Below, in pieces: positions 37,046 through 50,229 of a stretch of 64,000 nucleotides of DNA (position 1 is the stretch's first letter; every line of letters begins with the position of its first letter). A program made the translations under genes and the position numbers. The stretch lies in NCBI GenBank assembly GCA_951406725.2, contig OX597838.1:31992001-32056000 (forward strand). The letters run 5' to 3'. Below the pieces are notes generated by a model. It was given only the letters and a program-made list of their open reading frames with translations, ran no database searches and was not told where the DNA came from. This DNA is from Octopus vulgaris. Lineage: Eukaryota.

Positions 37046-37329
37046 ACATATATATATAGGTATGTGCATGTGTATACGTGTGAGAGAGGCACGAACATGG
37101 CTGTGTGTTAAGAAGTTTGCTTCCCAACCACATGGTTCTGTGTTCAGTCCCACTGCATGGCACCTTGGGCAATTGCCTTCTACTATAGCCTCTGGTCGAC
37201 CACAGCTTTGTGAGTGGATTTGGTAGATGTGTGTGTGTCTGTGTGTGTCTGTTATTATAAAACAACACAAACAAAACATGAACAATTAATGACGTAATAA
37301 ATTTTCCTGTGTAAATCCATTTTTTTCAG

Positions 37330-37439
37330 TTGAACAAGACCAGAAGCCAGGGCCTTGCTTTTGTTGATTTCAAAGAGGGGCCAATCAACTTCCCCCCTAC
37401 CTACAAATTTGATGTGGAGTCTGAAATCTATGATACCAG
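37330..37439 (+). CDS. INPP5K: 5-phosphatase exon 8 (LNKTRSQGLAFVDFKEGPINFPPTYKFDVESEIYDT-S)
   Basis: ttttttcag acceptor, AG|gtaggt donor; F.EG.I.FPPTYKFD motif; 110 nt. Confidence 0.96.
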
Positions 37440-38213
37440 GTAGGTTTCTTTTCCTGCAATTTCTGTCAGGTTTTTTCTTATACCTGTTTCTGTGTGTATA
37501 TAGTTGTATGTAAGTATGTGTGTATGTGTGTTACATATATATATATATATGTATGTATGTATAAAAAGTATATATAAAAATACAAAATGGGACAAGAACG
37601 CAAAACATTCAAATAGACGACACAAAAAACGGACGGGTCATTTGAAGCCTCTAATCTTCAGTCAAGAACCGGATCATCCTCGCAATTTTGGCTGATAAAT
37701 CTTGAGATTACTCCGATGTATATATATATCTGGAAAGAGAGAGATGTATCTGTATATATGTGTTTGGGTGTATTACAAGAGAGAGAGAGAGAGAGAGTGA
37801 GATGGATAAATTGATAGGCTTTGCAATGTGGTTAAAATCTTTGCCCTGCAGCCAGGGGTTCTGGGTTCAACTTTGTGCGTGTCTTTGATTATAGCTTCAG
37901 GTTGTGCATGTAATTTGATTGATGAACCTTTCTGGAAGCCAATTTGTGTGTGTGTGTTGACAGATTGTGTAAACCAATAGACAGGTTGCCGAGTACAAAA
38001 GTATCCTTGTGGTGTTTGTCCCACCAAAGTTATACCGATGCTCCCTGCCAGTCTTGTTATCATAAATGTAGTGAACCAGTGGTTGTTCTGTTACAAACTT
38101 GTGGACAGAAGAAAAGAAAGGGTGGGGGGGAGGTCCCAGTCCCCCCCCCACTACTAAGAGGAAGTGTTTAGGAGGGGATGGTGGAGGTGGGTGGCTGTAT
38201 GCCAGGTGTTGGA

Positions 38214-38628
38214 AGGCAGCGAGTTGGCAGAAACGTTAGCATGCCGGGCGAAATGCGTGGCCGTATTTTGTCTGCCATTATGTTCTGAGTTCAAATTCCG
38301 CCGAGGTCGACTTTGCCTTTCATCCTTCCGGGGTCGATTAAATAAGTACCAGTTATGCACTGGGGTCGATGTAATCGACTTAATCCGTTTATCTGTCCTT
38401 GATTGTCCTCTCTGTGTTTAGCCCCTTGTGGGCAGTAAAGAAATAGGTATTTCGTCTGCCGCTACGTTCTGAGTTCAAATTCCGCCGAGGTTGACTTTGC
38501 CTTTCATCCTTCCGGGGTCGATTAAATAAGTACCAGTTACGCACTGGGGTCGATATAATCGACTTAATCCGTTTGTCTGTCCTTGATTGTCCTCTCTGTG
38601 TTTAGCCCCTTGTGGGTAGTAAAGAAAT
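38214..38628 (+). mobile_element. SINE family B dimer (184-bp period)
   Basis: Same structure and same junction aaagaaata-ggtatttcgtctg. Confidence 0.9.
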
Positions 38629-38984
38629 ATGTGTTGGAAGGCTGAAGGACAAGCAAAGGGCTGTTTGTTATAAGAGAAGATATATAGCTGAAGGAGATAA
38701 GAGAAAGGAAGTGTGTGGGTGTGTGTGTGATGATTATGAAGACAGAGAGTGTTTGGTTGATGATGATCAGAGAAAGACTGTAGGAGATAGATGAATAGTG
38801 TGATTGGCAATTAGAAAAACCGGTGATGTTCAGTTGAGGTTCAGTCTTGGAGCAGCCTTGAAACAGTGGACCTGTTATCCATGACCACCCTGCATGTAGG
38901 TGGGTGGGTAATAGCTAAGGGGTTAGTAGGTAGGTTGCTAGAAAACACCTTCACTCTGCCCTGGTCCAGCCAGCTAACCATCGG

Positions 38985-39337
38985 TCGCACTGCATGGAAC
39001 CTTGGACAAGTTTCTTCTACTATAGCCTCTGTTCAACCAAAGCCTTGAGAGTGGATTTTGGTAGATGGAAACTGAAAGAAGCCCATCGTGTGTGTGTGTA
39101 TGTGTATCTATGTGTGTATGTCTTTGTGTCTGTGTTTGTCCCCCCCCATCTCCACTTGACAACCGGTGTTAGTGTATTTACATCCCCGTAACTTAGCAAT
39201 TTGGCAAAAGGGACAATAGAATAAGTACTAGGCTCAAGAAACAAGTCCTGGGGTCGATTTGTTCAACTAAAACCATTCAAGGCAGTGCTCCAGCGTGGCC
39301 ACAGTCAAATGACTGAAACAGGTAAAAGAATAAAAGA
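38985..39337 (+). mobile_element. SINE family A, 5'-truncated
   Basis: Core and tail match. Confidence 0.85.
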
Positions 39338-39541
39338 ATGTATTGTTATTGTTGGTGTTAGAGGTTATGATGGTGATGTTGGTATTGTTTGATGCCAGTA
39401 CAGTGGTGGTGGTCATGGAACACTCTGTTTTAATATATTGTCTCTTTCTTCTTGTTTTTTCTCTCTCTCTCTCTCTCTCTCCTCTCTCTTTCTTCTTTCC
39501 TTATACATCACCACTGCCACCACCACCTGCTCCTTTTCCAG

Positions 39542-39704
39542 TGAGAAGCAACGCGTCCCTGCTTGGTGCGACAGAATACTCTGGTTGGCCCACGACGACA
39601 GCTACGAAGGCGTGCATCTCGACGTGAAGCAGCTGCACTATAAACACCACCCCAGCTACAAGACCAGTGACCACCGGCCAGTTACATCTCTGTTTGAGGT
39701 CAAG
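39542..39704 (+). CDS. INPP5K: 5-phosphatase exon 9 ([55 protein letters not shown])
   Basis: ccttttccag acceptor, AAG|gtaaga donor; PAWCDRILW and SDHRPV motifs; 163 nt. Confidence 0.96.
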
Positions 39705-41844
39705 GTAAGAGATATGGAGACAATGAAACCATGGACTAACTTTCTCTTGAACCGACCTTTTGCTTCCAACTAGCTAACTAACAAACTGACCGCATCACCC
39801 TCCTGGGACATGGTACCACCCCATATCACACACACACACACACACACACACATTCCTTACCTGCTCTTCCTCTGTGATACTTCACATCACACCTCACCTC
39901 ACTATACCTTACCTCACCACATAATATCAATGAAATTTCACACCAACCCTCACCACCACCACCACCACCATCAACCCTTGCCACCACTACCTCTACCAGA
40001 CATCCTCTTTTTGTTCCCTCCCTCTCCACTGCATTCTACCCCAAATAATTGGGAAGTGTTATGTCTAAGCCCCACCCTGTTACCCCTCTGCCACCCTTGA
40101 CTGTCATGTAACTGGATACCCTCCACCACTTCTACCCTGTCTTATCTGTTCTCTCCTTCTAATGATGTAAACCCCCCCCCCCCGTGTCCCAGAAGGGGAT
40201 CCTCCCCCACCACCTCCATCACTACCATACCAGTATCTGTCCTGTCTTCATAAGTCATTCAGTCAGTTCCCCAGGAAACTATACCACCACCACCACCAAT
40301 CATGTGACCCCCCCCCCCCCCCGGTGCCCTATCAGTGAATATTATTCCTCCTCTCTGTCTGTTTGTCTGTCTGTCTGTCTCTCATTCTCCTCACCTTCTC
40401 GCCGCCTCCCCCTCCGTTACTGATGGGTGGAGACAGAAAAGAAAAAATTGTGCTTAAAAACACATCACAATGTAAATTGGTTGCTATTTGGCAGGAGGGA
40501 ATGGTGGAGATGGTGAGGGGGGTTCCCTTGTAAATTATAGGTAATTCTGAACTCCCCCCCCACATCTATCTATGATTGCTCATGACTGTGATGAAGATGA
40601 TGATGATGGTGGTGGTAGTAAAAAGGGCAGAAGAAGAAGAAGAAACAATATTCCATGTGAAACCCTAAACTTCCAAACACACAACAATAACTACAAAACA
40701 TTTAAGTCAGTACCATGGCTGTGCTGGGGAACGGTGGGGTCTCTCTATTTCATTTTTTTGTAACCCAATCTGAGCTTTTGGGAAACAAAGGTTCACCATC
40801 CAGTTTTTACATATCCTGTCTAAAGCCACTCTATTTATTTTACCTCCAAGATTAGTCTGTGAAGTGCATGAACAGCTCAACACGTCATCTACAATGACTT
40901 ATAATGTAGATGCATATGTGAACACCTTGCCTCTGCTATACCAGTTTGGCAATTCAGTGCTAGGTGTACCCCGGTAACACACACACACACACACACACAT
41001 TATATGGCCACAGGCAAGTCTCGTGATGCGAACAGGAAAATAGAACACAAAACACAAGTATATATAAGATCTTTTACTTGCTTCACTCATTTGACTGTGG
41101 CCATGCTGGAGCATCTCCTTGAAGAATTTTAGTCGAAAAATTCGACCTTTTAATTTTTGTTAAAGCCTGGTACTTATTTTATCAGTCTCTTTTGCTGAAC
41201 TGATAAGTCACAGGGACGTAAACACACCAACACCTACACACACATGTAAATATATATATATATATATGCAATGAGCCTCTTTTAGTTTCTATCTATCAAA
41301 TCCGTTCACAAGCCTTTTGTTGGCCTGAGGCTATAGAAGACACTTGTCCAAGGTGCCAAGCAGCAAGATTGAACCCAGAACCATGTGGTTGGGTTCAGTC
41401 CTTTCTTTCCACAGAGATATGCCCGTGTCTATATATATTATATATATATATATATATATCTATATTATATATATATATATATATATTGGGTTTCATATAT
41501 ATATATATATATATAGGTTTTTTTTTTTTATTAATAATCGGTAGAAGTTACAGAGTGACTCGAGGGCCAAGAGTTTCATCTATTGGCGCTTACCAAACAT
41601 GACCGTGTGGTTGAGAAATTTCTGGTTCAGTCCTATTGCGAAACACCTTGACTGTCCTGAACCTGCTGGAGGATGAACTCAGCCATTTCTGATAATGGCC
41701 ATGGAGGACGTATCCTTCCCTGCAAGTCTATTTTTTCAACCCTACAACATGAAGCAACCTGCCATATTTAAGTAGATCTTCAAGTTGCTGTGGTTGCTGA
41801 TAAAAGGTTTCATCTCACAGGACCTTTTCAGTTTCTTTCACTGA

Positions 41845-41941
41845 CTACATACACATGCATGCATACAAATACATAAACATACTTATATACATACATATAT
41901 ATATACATGCATGCATACATACATACATATATACATATATG

Positions 41942-41986
<45 letters not shown>

Positions 41987-42370
41987 CATACATACATGCA
42001 TACTTACAAATACATACACATATACATACTTATATGCATACATATATATATGCATACATACATGCATGCATACATACAAATACATACATATATACATACT
42101 TATATGCATACATATATATATACATACGTGCATGCATACATACAAATACATACATATATACATACTTATATGCATACATATATATATATACATACATGCA
42201 TGCATACATACAAATACATACATATATACATATTTGTATGCATACATATATATATGCATACTTACATGCATGCATACATACAAATACATACATATATACA
42301 TACTTATATGCATACATACATGCATACATACAAATACATACACATGCATACATATATACATACTTATATG

Positions 42371-42418
<48 letters not shown>

Positions 42419-42725
42419 CATGTGTATATATATATACATGTGTATGCATACTTAAAAATACATATACAGATACATATATATATATATACTTATATGCATA
42501 CATATATATATATATATACATACATGCATGCATACACACAAATACATACACATATACATACATATGTACATACATACACACTTATATGCATACATACTTA
42601 CATATATGTATGCATACATGCACATACATACATGCATACACATACATGCACATACATACATGCATACACATACATGCATTTCATATAAACACGCATATGT
42701 GCATACATACATAGATGCATGCATA
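41845..42725. repeat. Compound TA/CA/TGCA microsatellite with higher-order repeats
   Basis: Recurrent tacaaatacatacatatatacatacttatatgcatac units. Confidence 0.93.
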
Positions 42726-43624
42726 TAACAGATGCAATCTGTAAGTAGATCTGTGAAAATATGCAAAACTTTTTTCGAGTTGAACACGTGACATTGATTT
42801 TGTTAATTGCATTCCGACAATGGAGCTTTGTATCTTTGTCAGAAATCTGATCCTTCTTTACAGGAAGGCTTTGAATAATTCAAAATAGAAGAGCGGGGAC
42901 ACACACACACACGGACACACGGACACACACATTTTTGAAAATACTAAGGCAGTTATATTTAATTAAGCCACATGTGTTCAGATTCCTCCCTGTAATATAT
43001 TTCCTCCCACCAAGGGTCGGTCTAACTGGGAATCGCAATCACAATACCATTCTTTCTCTATTTCTTTTTCACCTCATTTTTTGTTTTCTTTTTTCCTCGC
43101 TTCTTAATACTAATTTATGTTTTGCCATACTTCCCCGTCACCAAACGGCCCAGCTGGAGCACACTTTGTTTACTAAAATCACTGCTGTATGTAGATATTG
43201 TGCCTTGACTGTGATACTAACATCTTTTTGGAACATTTTTCCAACAACTTTATACACACCATGTAGCCATTATATAGTCATGTTTATACATACATTCTTA
43301 CATATATATATATATACAAATATATACATATGATATTTGTATATATATACTCAGTAGCTGTTATACTGTCATTTGTTTATACATATACCACAGGTGTTAC
43401 CATGTATATATGTATGTGTGTGTATATATATTTATATATATATATATTCCATCTTCTAGGGTTTTTTACCCATTTTTCAAGTCTGTTTTCACAGCTATCA
43501 CACATTCGAAATTCACTTTATTCTATACACACATACACACACACACACACCCATGTATATTGATTATAATGAATGGGAAAAATAGTGCTCTATACATGTT
43601 GTTGAATATAATTAATTGTTTTAA

Positions 43625-43774
<150 letters not shown>

Positions 43775-44234
43775 GTGTGTGTTGTTACTCTAAGTTTCTC
43801 CAGGTACACAACTCCTTCCTTTAATGGTAAATATTGAATTTCATCGTCCGAAGAAGTGGTTGTGTTTTGTAGATCTTAGAATAAAGACATATCTTACATC
43901 ATCCAGATAAGTTCATACACACACACACACATTCATTTATATATACATATGTATACACACACAAACCCATATATACACACACATGTACACACATATCCAT
44001 TGAAGAGAAGACAAAAGAAAATTCTTTAACACATCTAAAGAATTCTTCTTTGTCTTCTTCCTTTTTTTTGGGTTATTTTTTCCCTTTGTGAAACCCTTTT
44101 ACGGTGTAACTGTTGTGAAACTTGGATATTCTACACCTGAGGAATTCCAAGTTTGGCCTGGAACCCGACAGTGTTGGTAGCACCATATTCGGGTTGAGTG
44201 CTTCTCTGGAAATACCCCAACTTAACACCCTACC

Positions 44235-44238
44235 TCTT

Positions 44239-44269
<31 letters not shown>

Positions 44270-44537
44270 TATATATATATTTATATACACACCCACATAT
44301 TTATATACACACACACACACACATATATATTTATATACACACACACACACACATATATATTTATATACACACCCACATATTTATATACACACACACATAT
44401 TTATATACACACACATATTTATATATACACACACACACATATATTTATATACACACCCACATAACCAGTGACACACACATATATTTATATACACACACAC
44501 ATTTATATTTATATACACACACATATATATATATATA

Positions 44538-44577
<40 letters not shown>

Positions 44578-45205
44578 TTATATACACACACACACACATA
44601 TTTATATACACACACATATTTATATATACACACACACACATATATTTATATACACACCCACATATTTATATACACACACACATATTTATATATATACACA
44701 CACACACACATATATATTTATATACACACCTACATATTTATATACACACCCACATATTTATATACACACACACATATTTATATACACACACACATATTTA
44801 TATATACACACACACATATTTATATACACACACATATTTATATACACACACACATATTTATATACACACACACACATTTATATACACACACACACATTTA
44901 TATACACACACACATATATATATTTATATACACACCCACATATTTATATACACACACACATATTTATATATATACACACACACATATATATATTTATATA
45001 CACACCCACATTTATATACACACACACATTTATATACACACACATACACATATAAATTTATATACACACACATTTATATATATATACACACACACATATA
45101 TTTATATACACATCCACATATTTATATATATACACACACACATATATATTTATATACACACCCACACATATTTATATACACACACACACATACACATGCA
45201 CATAC
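44235..45205. repeat. Compound (CA)n/(TA)n minisatellite; pure (TA)n tract at 43638-43768
   Basis: Direct reading. Confidence 0.93.
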
Positions 45206-46104
45206 ATGCATCCACGATGAACTGTAGACAAAAAGGTAAGGGTGCCCCGCAGTTCCTCGTTTGAACCACCTGCCCAGGTGATTCGTTTTATAGTGATCAG
45301 ATTTCCATGCTGCACATTAGCTCATTCCCTCCATCAAATCGACATTGCCCCAGCAGGGACACGGCATGTGTGTCACATGCCAGATGTCAAAGTGATCACA
45401 GAGCTATGTGGCATGAAGTGTCTTGCTCAAGAACACAATGCACCACCCGGTGAGAGAATTGAAACTACCGTTTCATGATTGTGGGTGCAATGCCCTGACC
45501 ACTAGGCTACTTGCCCACACACACACACACACACATACACACACTTACATACATATGCATACATAATACACATATACATATATATATAAGCACACCTACT
45601 CATGATATTTCTACCTGTTTCATATTTCCTAATGTATAAACAAGGTGTTGCATCTCTGAAGCACAACTACTTTGTTTTATAAAATAATATTATTATTATT
45701 ATAATAATAATGTTGAAGCCTACCATATAATAATAATAATGTTCATCACACTTTTTGCTTATCGATCCCTGGTATGGCTCTGGTGTTCTGCGATTTCTCT
45801 CTATTTTGCTATCGTTTCAACAATATTCCTCATGTGACAATCTCTGTCTTAATTATTTTATTTTCTACATTTTTTTGCAACACATTGTGAGAGAACTGAA
45901 TTTTACAGAGATTTGTTCCTTTTTTTATGATATTGTGGAGTTGCTTTGAGAGAGAGAGAGATTTAGCTGTTATTACTAGTAGATCAAGAGACCACATAGA
46001 AGCTTTTATATTGAGCAACAGCACATGAGTTGTTGTTGGTTGTTGTCTGCCTCATTTCAGTGTTGATCCAGCAGGCATATGGTCAAAGACAGTCTAGTCT
46101 TTTA

Positions 46105-46408
46105 CAGTGGGACCTCAGTTTTCCAATTTAATTTGTTCCCGGTAGCTGTTCATCACCTGAAATGTTTGTAGACCAAAGCTATTTTTCCCTTAGAAAATTC
46201 AAGAGAATACACAGCGAATTCGGGTAGGGACGTGCACTGAAGGAAAACTAGGTCCCCAACCGAAACTTTCCTGCTTATACTCCCAACATGTCACCAACCA
46301 TTGGTTGCCAATTTGCTTGTTTGGTACTTGAGAATCCGTTTGTCACCTGAAGCATTTTATATTCTAGAAATTGTTCATAAGAGGCTTTCGTAAACTAAGG
46401 CCCCACTG
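46105..46408. mobile_element. Tc1/mariner (pogo/Tigger-like) MITE
   Basis: TA-CAGTGGGACCTCAGTTT ... AAACTAAGGCCCCACTG-TA. Confidence 0.78.
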
Positions 46409-46840
46409 TAAATATGATATACTAAAAGGGTAGACTGGAGAGCAACAGGCATTGGATTAGGGTATCACACATTTATACACATTCACCAATGTAGGGAGAA
46501 ACACCTGCATGTAAAGGAGTGTAATTACACATCTCCTCTTATGATCAAAAGCAACGACAATCTGGTCTTTTAAAGAGATTTTAAATATCTATCTGTCTAC
46601 CTATATATATATGTGTGTGTGTGTGTATATATGTATGTGTATGTGTGTGTATATATATATATATATACGTATATGTATGTATGTATATATTGGACTACAT
46701 TGTTCAGTGTGTCCCTTCTTCTTGTTAGGGTGTAATTCAAAGGAGATCCCACTGATATTTCTTGCTGGAGGTTCGTTATTGTCTTACTGGTATTGTGTTG
46801 CAGTGTTGTGTTGTTTATATTGGTGTGTGTGTGTATATAT

Positions 46841-46893
<53 letters not shown>

Positions 46894-47035
46894 TATATGT
46901 ATGTATGTATATGTATTTAAAAGTCTTTGCAAAAATTGGGGGAAAAATAAAATGCCACAAACCTTTTTAGAAAGAAGGTTTTTTTATTGTGTGTAAGTGC
47001 TTTCATTATATTCATGTCTGTATATCTTCATGGCA

Positions 47036-47083
<48 letters not shown>

Positions 47084-47759
47084 TTTCCATTATTGCTTCT
47101 TGTAACACCCTCCCACCCAGTCACTCTGTCTTCCTATCATACTCTTACTTCTTTCTCCCTTCCTCCCTTTTTCATCTTCTACAATCACCCCACCCCCATC
47201 CTTCTGTCCACCGTCTCGGTTGTGTTACCCTGAATGAATGGAATCAGTATAGAATAGTGAGGACTCCCTAGTGTCACGGGCCACAGACTAACTTCACTAG
47301 GGGCTGGTACCAGGAATAAAGCCACGCAATGCCTCTTGTAATGTGTTTGGCAAATGAGTGAAGACACTGTAGGCAGAGGGGTCCCTTTATTCTTATCAAG
47401 GACATGACACCCTGTCTGGCTCCGGGGCCTTGATAAAATGCATCCATTGCACTATGAAAAGTGGTTGGTTTTAGGAAGGGTGTCCGGCCATAGAAGACAT
47501 GCCAGAAACATAAGGGTGGTGAGGTGAGTTGCAGGTCAGGTGCTGGGGATCAATGGGGTTGGCTTGTCCCCCCATCTCAAAATTGCTGACCTTAAGCCCT
47601 GTCAAATGCTGAGGGTCGGTGTGATCAACTTGTCCTCTCATCTCAAAATTGCTGACCTTGAGTCCTGGTGTCTCATTTATGTGTTAAATGTTGTGATTTC
47701 AGCCCCTTATATGCCATGGAATTTGGATTAAACTCTGGCCTTATGAGTCCGAGGGTCAT

Positions 47760-48350
47760 TTTATCTTTTACTTGTTTCAGTCATTAGACTGTGGCCATGC
47801 TGGGGCACTTACCTTGAAGAACTTTAGTCAAACGAATTGAGTACTTATTATTATAAAGCCTGGGGCTTATTCTATCAGCGTCTTTTGCTGAACTTCTAAG
47901 CTATGGGGATATAAACACACCAATACTAGTCATCAAGTGGTGGGATGGGGGGGGGGGGCAACTACATACATAATCACACACATACATGTGTATATGTATG
48001 TCCATATATATATATATACACTCTCGGAGTGGTTGGCATTAGGAAGGGCATCCAGCTGTAGAAACTCTGCCAGATCAGACTGGAGCCTGGTGCAGCCATC
48101 TGGCTCGCCAGCCCTCAGTCAAAATCGTCCAACCCATGCTAGCATGGAAAGCGGACGTTAAACGATGTTGATGATGATAATGATGATATATATACACACA
48201 TGATGGGCTTCTTTCAGTTTCCATCTACCAAACCCACTCACAAGCCTTTGGCTGGCCAGAGGCTATAGTAGAGGACACTTGCTGAAGTTGCCACGCAGTG
48301 GGACTGAAACCAGAACCATGCGGTTGGGAAGCAAATTTATTACCACACGG
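47760..48350 (-). mobile_element. SINE family A containing a nested RTE-like tail (48019-48185, +)
   Basis: Tail at ~47760, head at ~48350; the insert ends in (gat)n. Confidence 0.8.
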
Positions 48351-48742
48351 CCACGCAAGAAAAACAAAAGCCGTGGTCCTCATACACTCATGCAGGTGCG
48401 TACTAACAGCAAACAAGGATTGGCTATGAGCTGTGACAACCCATCTCCTCCACACCAGTGAGGAAAGTAGGCATAAAACGGTAATGATGATGATGATGAT
48501 GATTCAAGCGTATTCCAAACAAACTTCCTCTAAGTATTCTAGAAACACAATATAGACTGTTATTAAAATTTCTATACACACAGTTGTGGAATTCTGTTAT
48601 GGGAAAGGACATTCAGTTTTTAATATTTAATTATGGTGATCATCACGCCCTGTTTAACTACAATCATGCATCACCGATTCTGTGGGGTTGCTGTTAATGT
48701 TTTTCTGAAGGTCTTACAATGGTGTTTAAAAGTTTATCTGTC

Positions 48743-48790
<48 letters not shown>

Positions 48791-48977
48791 AATAGATGAG
48801 TGTACTTTTACCTTGTTAACAATTAACACGGAAAAATAAATAAATAGTTACCAGGGTAGCAAAAATCTCACAAGTAAAGAGGTTGTAACTCCTTGTTTAT
48901 AAAGGTAGAAACTTCGTGTTTACGTGGAATATTTTGAATAATATATGAATAAATAAATAGAGTTTAACACAGGTGTG

Positions 48978-49011
<34 letters not shown>

Positions 49012-49341
49012 GGCAAGTATGTATGTATGTATGTATGTATGTATAGAGAGGTGGCCTACTGACCCACTTTGACACCCTTCCACACATTCTTCTCAACACT
49101 ATTTACTAAACACTCACACACACACAGACACACACTCACCATTCACCATTATCTCATTACATGGTTTAATACCTTTTCTGCTTCACCTACCACCTCACAC
49201 TCCTCTGCTCATTTCTCTTCCTCATTGATTTTCACTTCAATTCAGATCCGGTTTGCTCTGGTCGCATATTACATTTGCCTCAATATCTTGAGTATTTCTG
49301 TGAAACAATATATTTCTGTGATCAGCCAGTTCGCACACACA

Positions 49342-49710
49342 CATCATCATCATCATCATTTAGTGTCCGTTTTCCATGCTAGCATGGGTTGGACGGTTCA
49401 ACTGGGGTCTGTGAAGCCAGAAGGCTGCATCAGGCCCAGTCAGATCTGGCAGTGTTTCTACGGCTGGATGCCCTTCCTAACGCCAACCACTCCGCAAGTG
49501 TAGTGGGTGCTTTTTACGTGCCAGACGGAGCTGGCAAACGGCCACGAATGGATGGTGCTTTTACGTACCACTGGCACGGGGGCCAGGCGAGGCTGGCAAT
49601 GGACACGAACGGATGGTGCTTTTACGTGCCACTGGCACGGAGGCCAGTCGGGGCGGCGCTGGCAACGGCCACGGCCACGAACGGATGGTGCTTTTTACGT
49701 GCCACCGACA
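49342..49710 (-). mobile_element. RTE-like 3' tail / SINE with internal ~60-bp tandem repeats
   Basis: (cat)n tail, tttccatgctagcatgggttggacg, ggatgcccttcctaacgccaacc; siblings at 61775-62100 and 48019-48185. Confidence 0.78.
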
Positions 49711-49887
49711 CACATATGAAATAGGGGGTGTTTTTCTATCATTCGTGTTATTTCAAAGACATCTCCGTGTTTGAGTTTATATTCAGGATTTCTCATATTT
49801 TCTTATTAATCCTTGATGTTCAGTTTAGAGTGCTCGTATTCTGAAATCCTTCTTGGTCTCATCATCAGAGTGAAATCGTGGTATTAA

Positions 49888-50110
49888 CTGTTTAGCATTC
49901 ACACCGGCCACATCCGGTCAAAATAGTTAATCTGTTTGATGTTGAAACTGGCCAGATCTGGTCTCTCACCTCAACCCTACAATGTCCATTCTAAAATTAA
50001 ACAATCACAACATTGAAATTCCTAAACTACAAGATGGTGCATGATAAATTCAAACCAACATATATTTTATCAAACATTATATTTGACAGAACCACCTGAA
50101 TGCCAAAGGG
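49888..50110. mobile_element. piggyBac-type MITE, second family
   Basis: TTAA at both ends; interior homologous to 56972-57193. Confidence 0.8.
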
Positions 50111-50229
50111 TTAATTGTGCACTTTGCAATTGCTCACGAGGTACTTGGTCGTGTATGTGTGTGTGTGTGTGTATGTATGTGTGTACATATATATATGTAT
50201 GTGTATATATGTATATATATATATATATA

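Larger units (their letters stand above)
5722..39704 (+). other. INPP5K: Gene span (9 coding exons found, 3' end unresolved): inositol polyphosphate 5-phosphatase, INPP5K/INPP5J (SKIP/PIPP)-like
   Basis: Manually spliced exons give one open frame with 5-phosphatase motifs [52 protein letters not shown]. All 8 introns are GT-AG with matching phases. Symbol is by family resemblance (INPP5J is equally close). Confidence 0.9.

Noticed and set aside
43804-43910. SKICH-start-like peptide [16 protein letters not shown]
   Set aside because: Out of phase with exon 9 (phase 0 gives VHNSFL*), ends in a stop and lacks DWIG; the resemblance is too weak.
44006-44058. Imperfect ~22-bp inverted repeat
   Set aside because: Low-complexity purine/pyrimidine arms; likely chance or a trivial fold-back.
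44122-45264. 380-aa ORF and the many other long Y/I/H/T/M/C/V-rich ORFs in the track
   Set aside because: Translations of CA/TA/TATG/TAGA/CT/TAA microsatellites lacking stops; no domain content or splice context.
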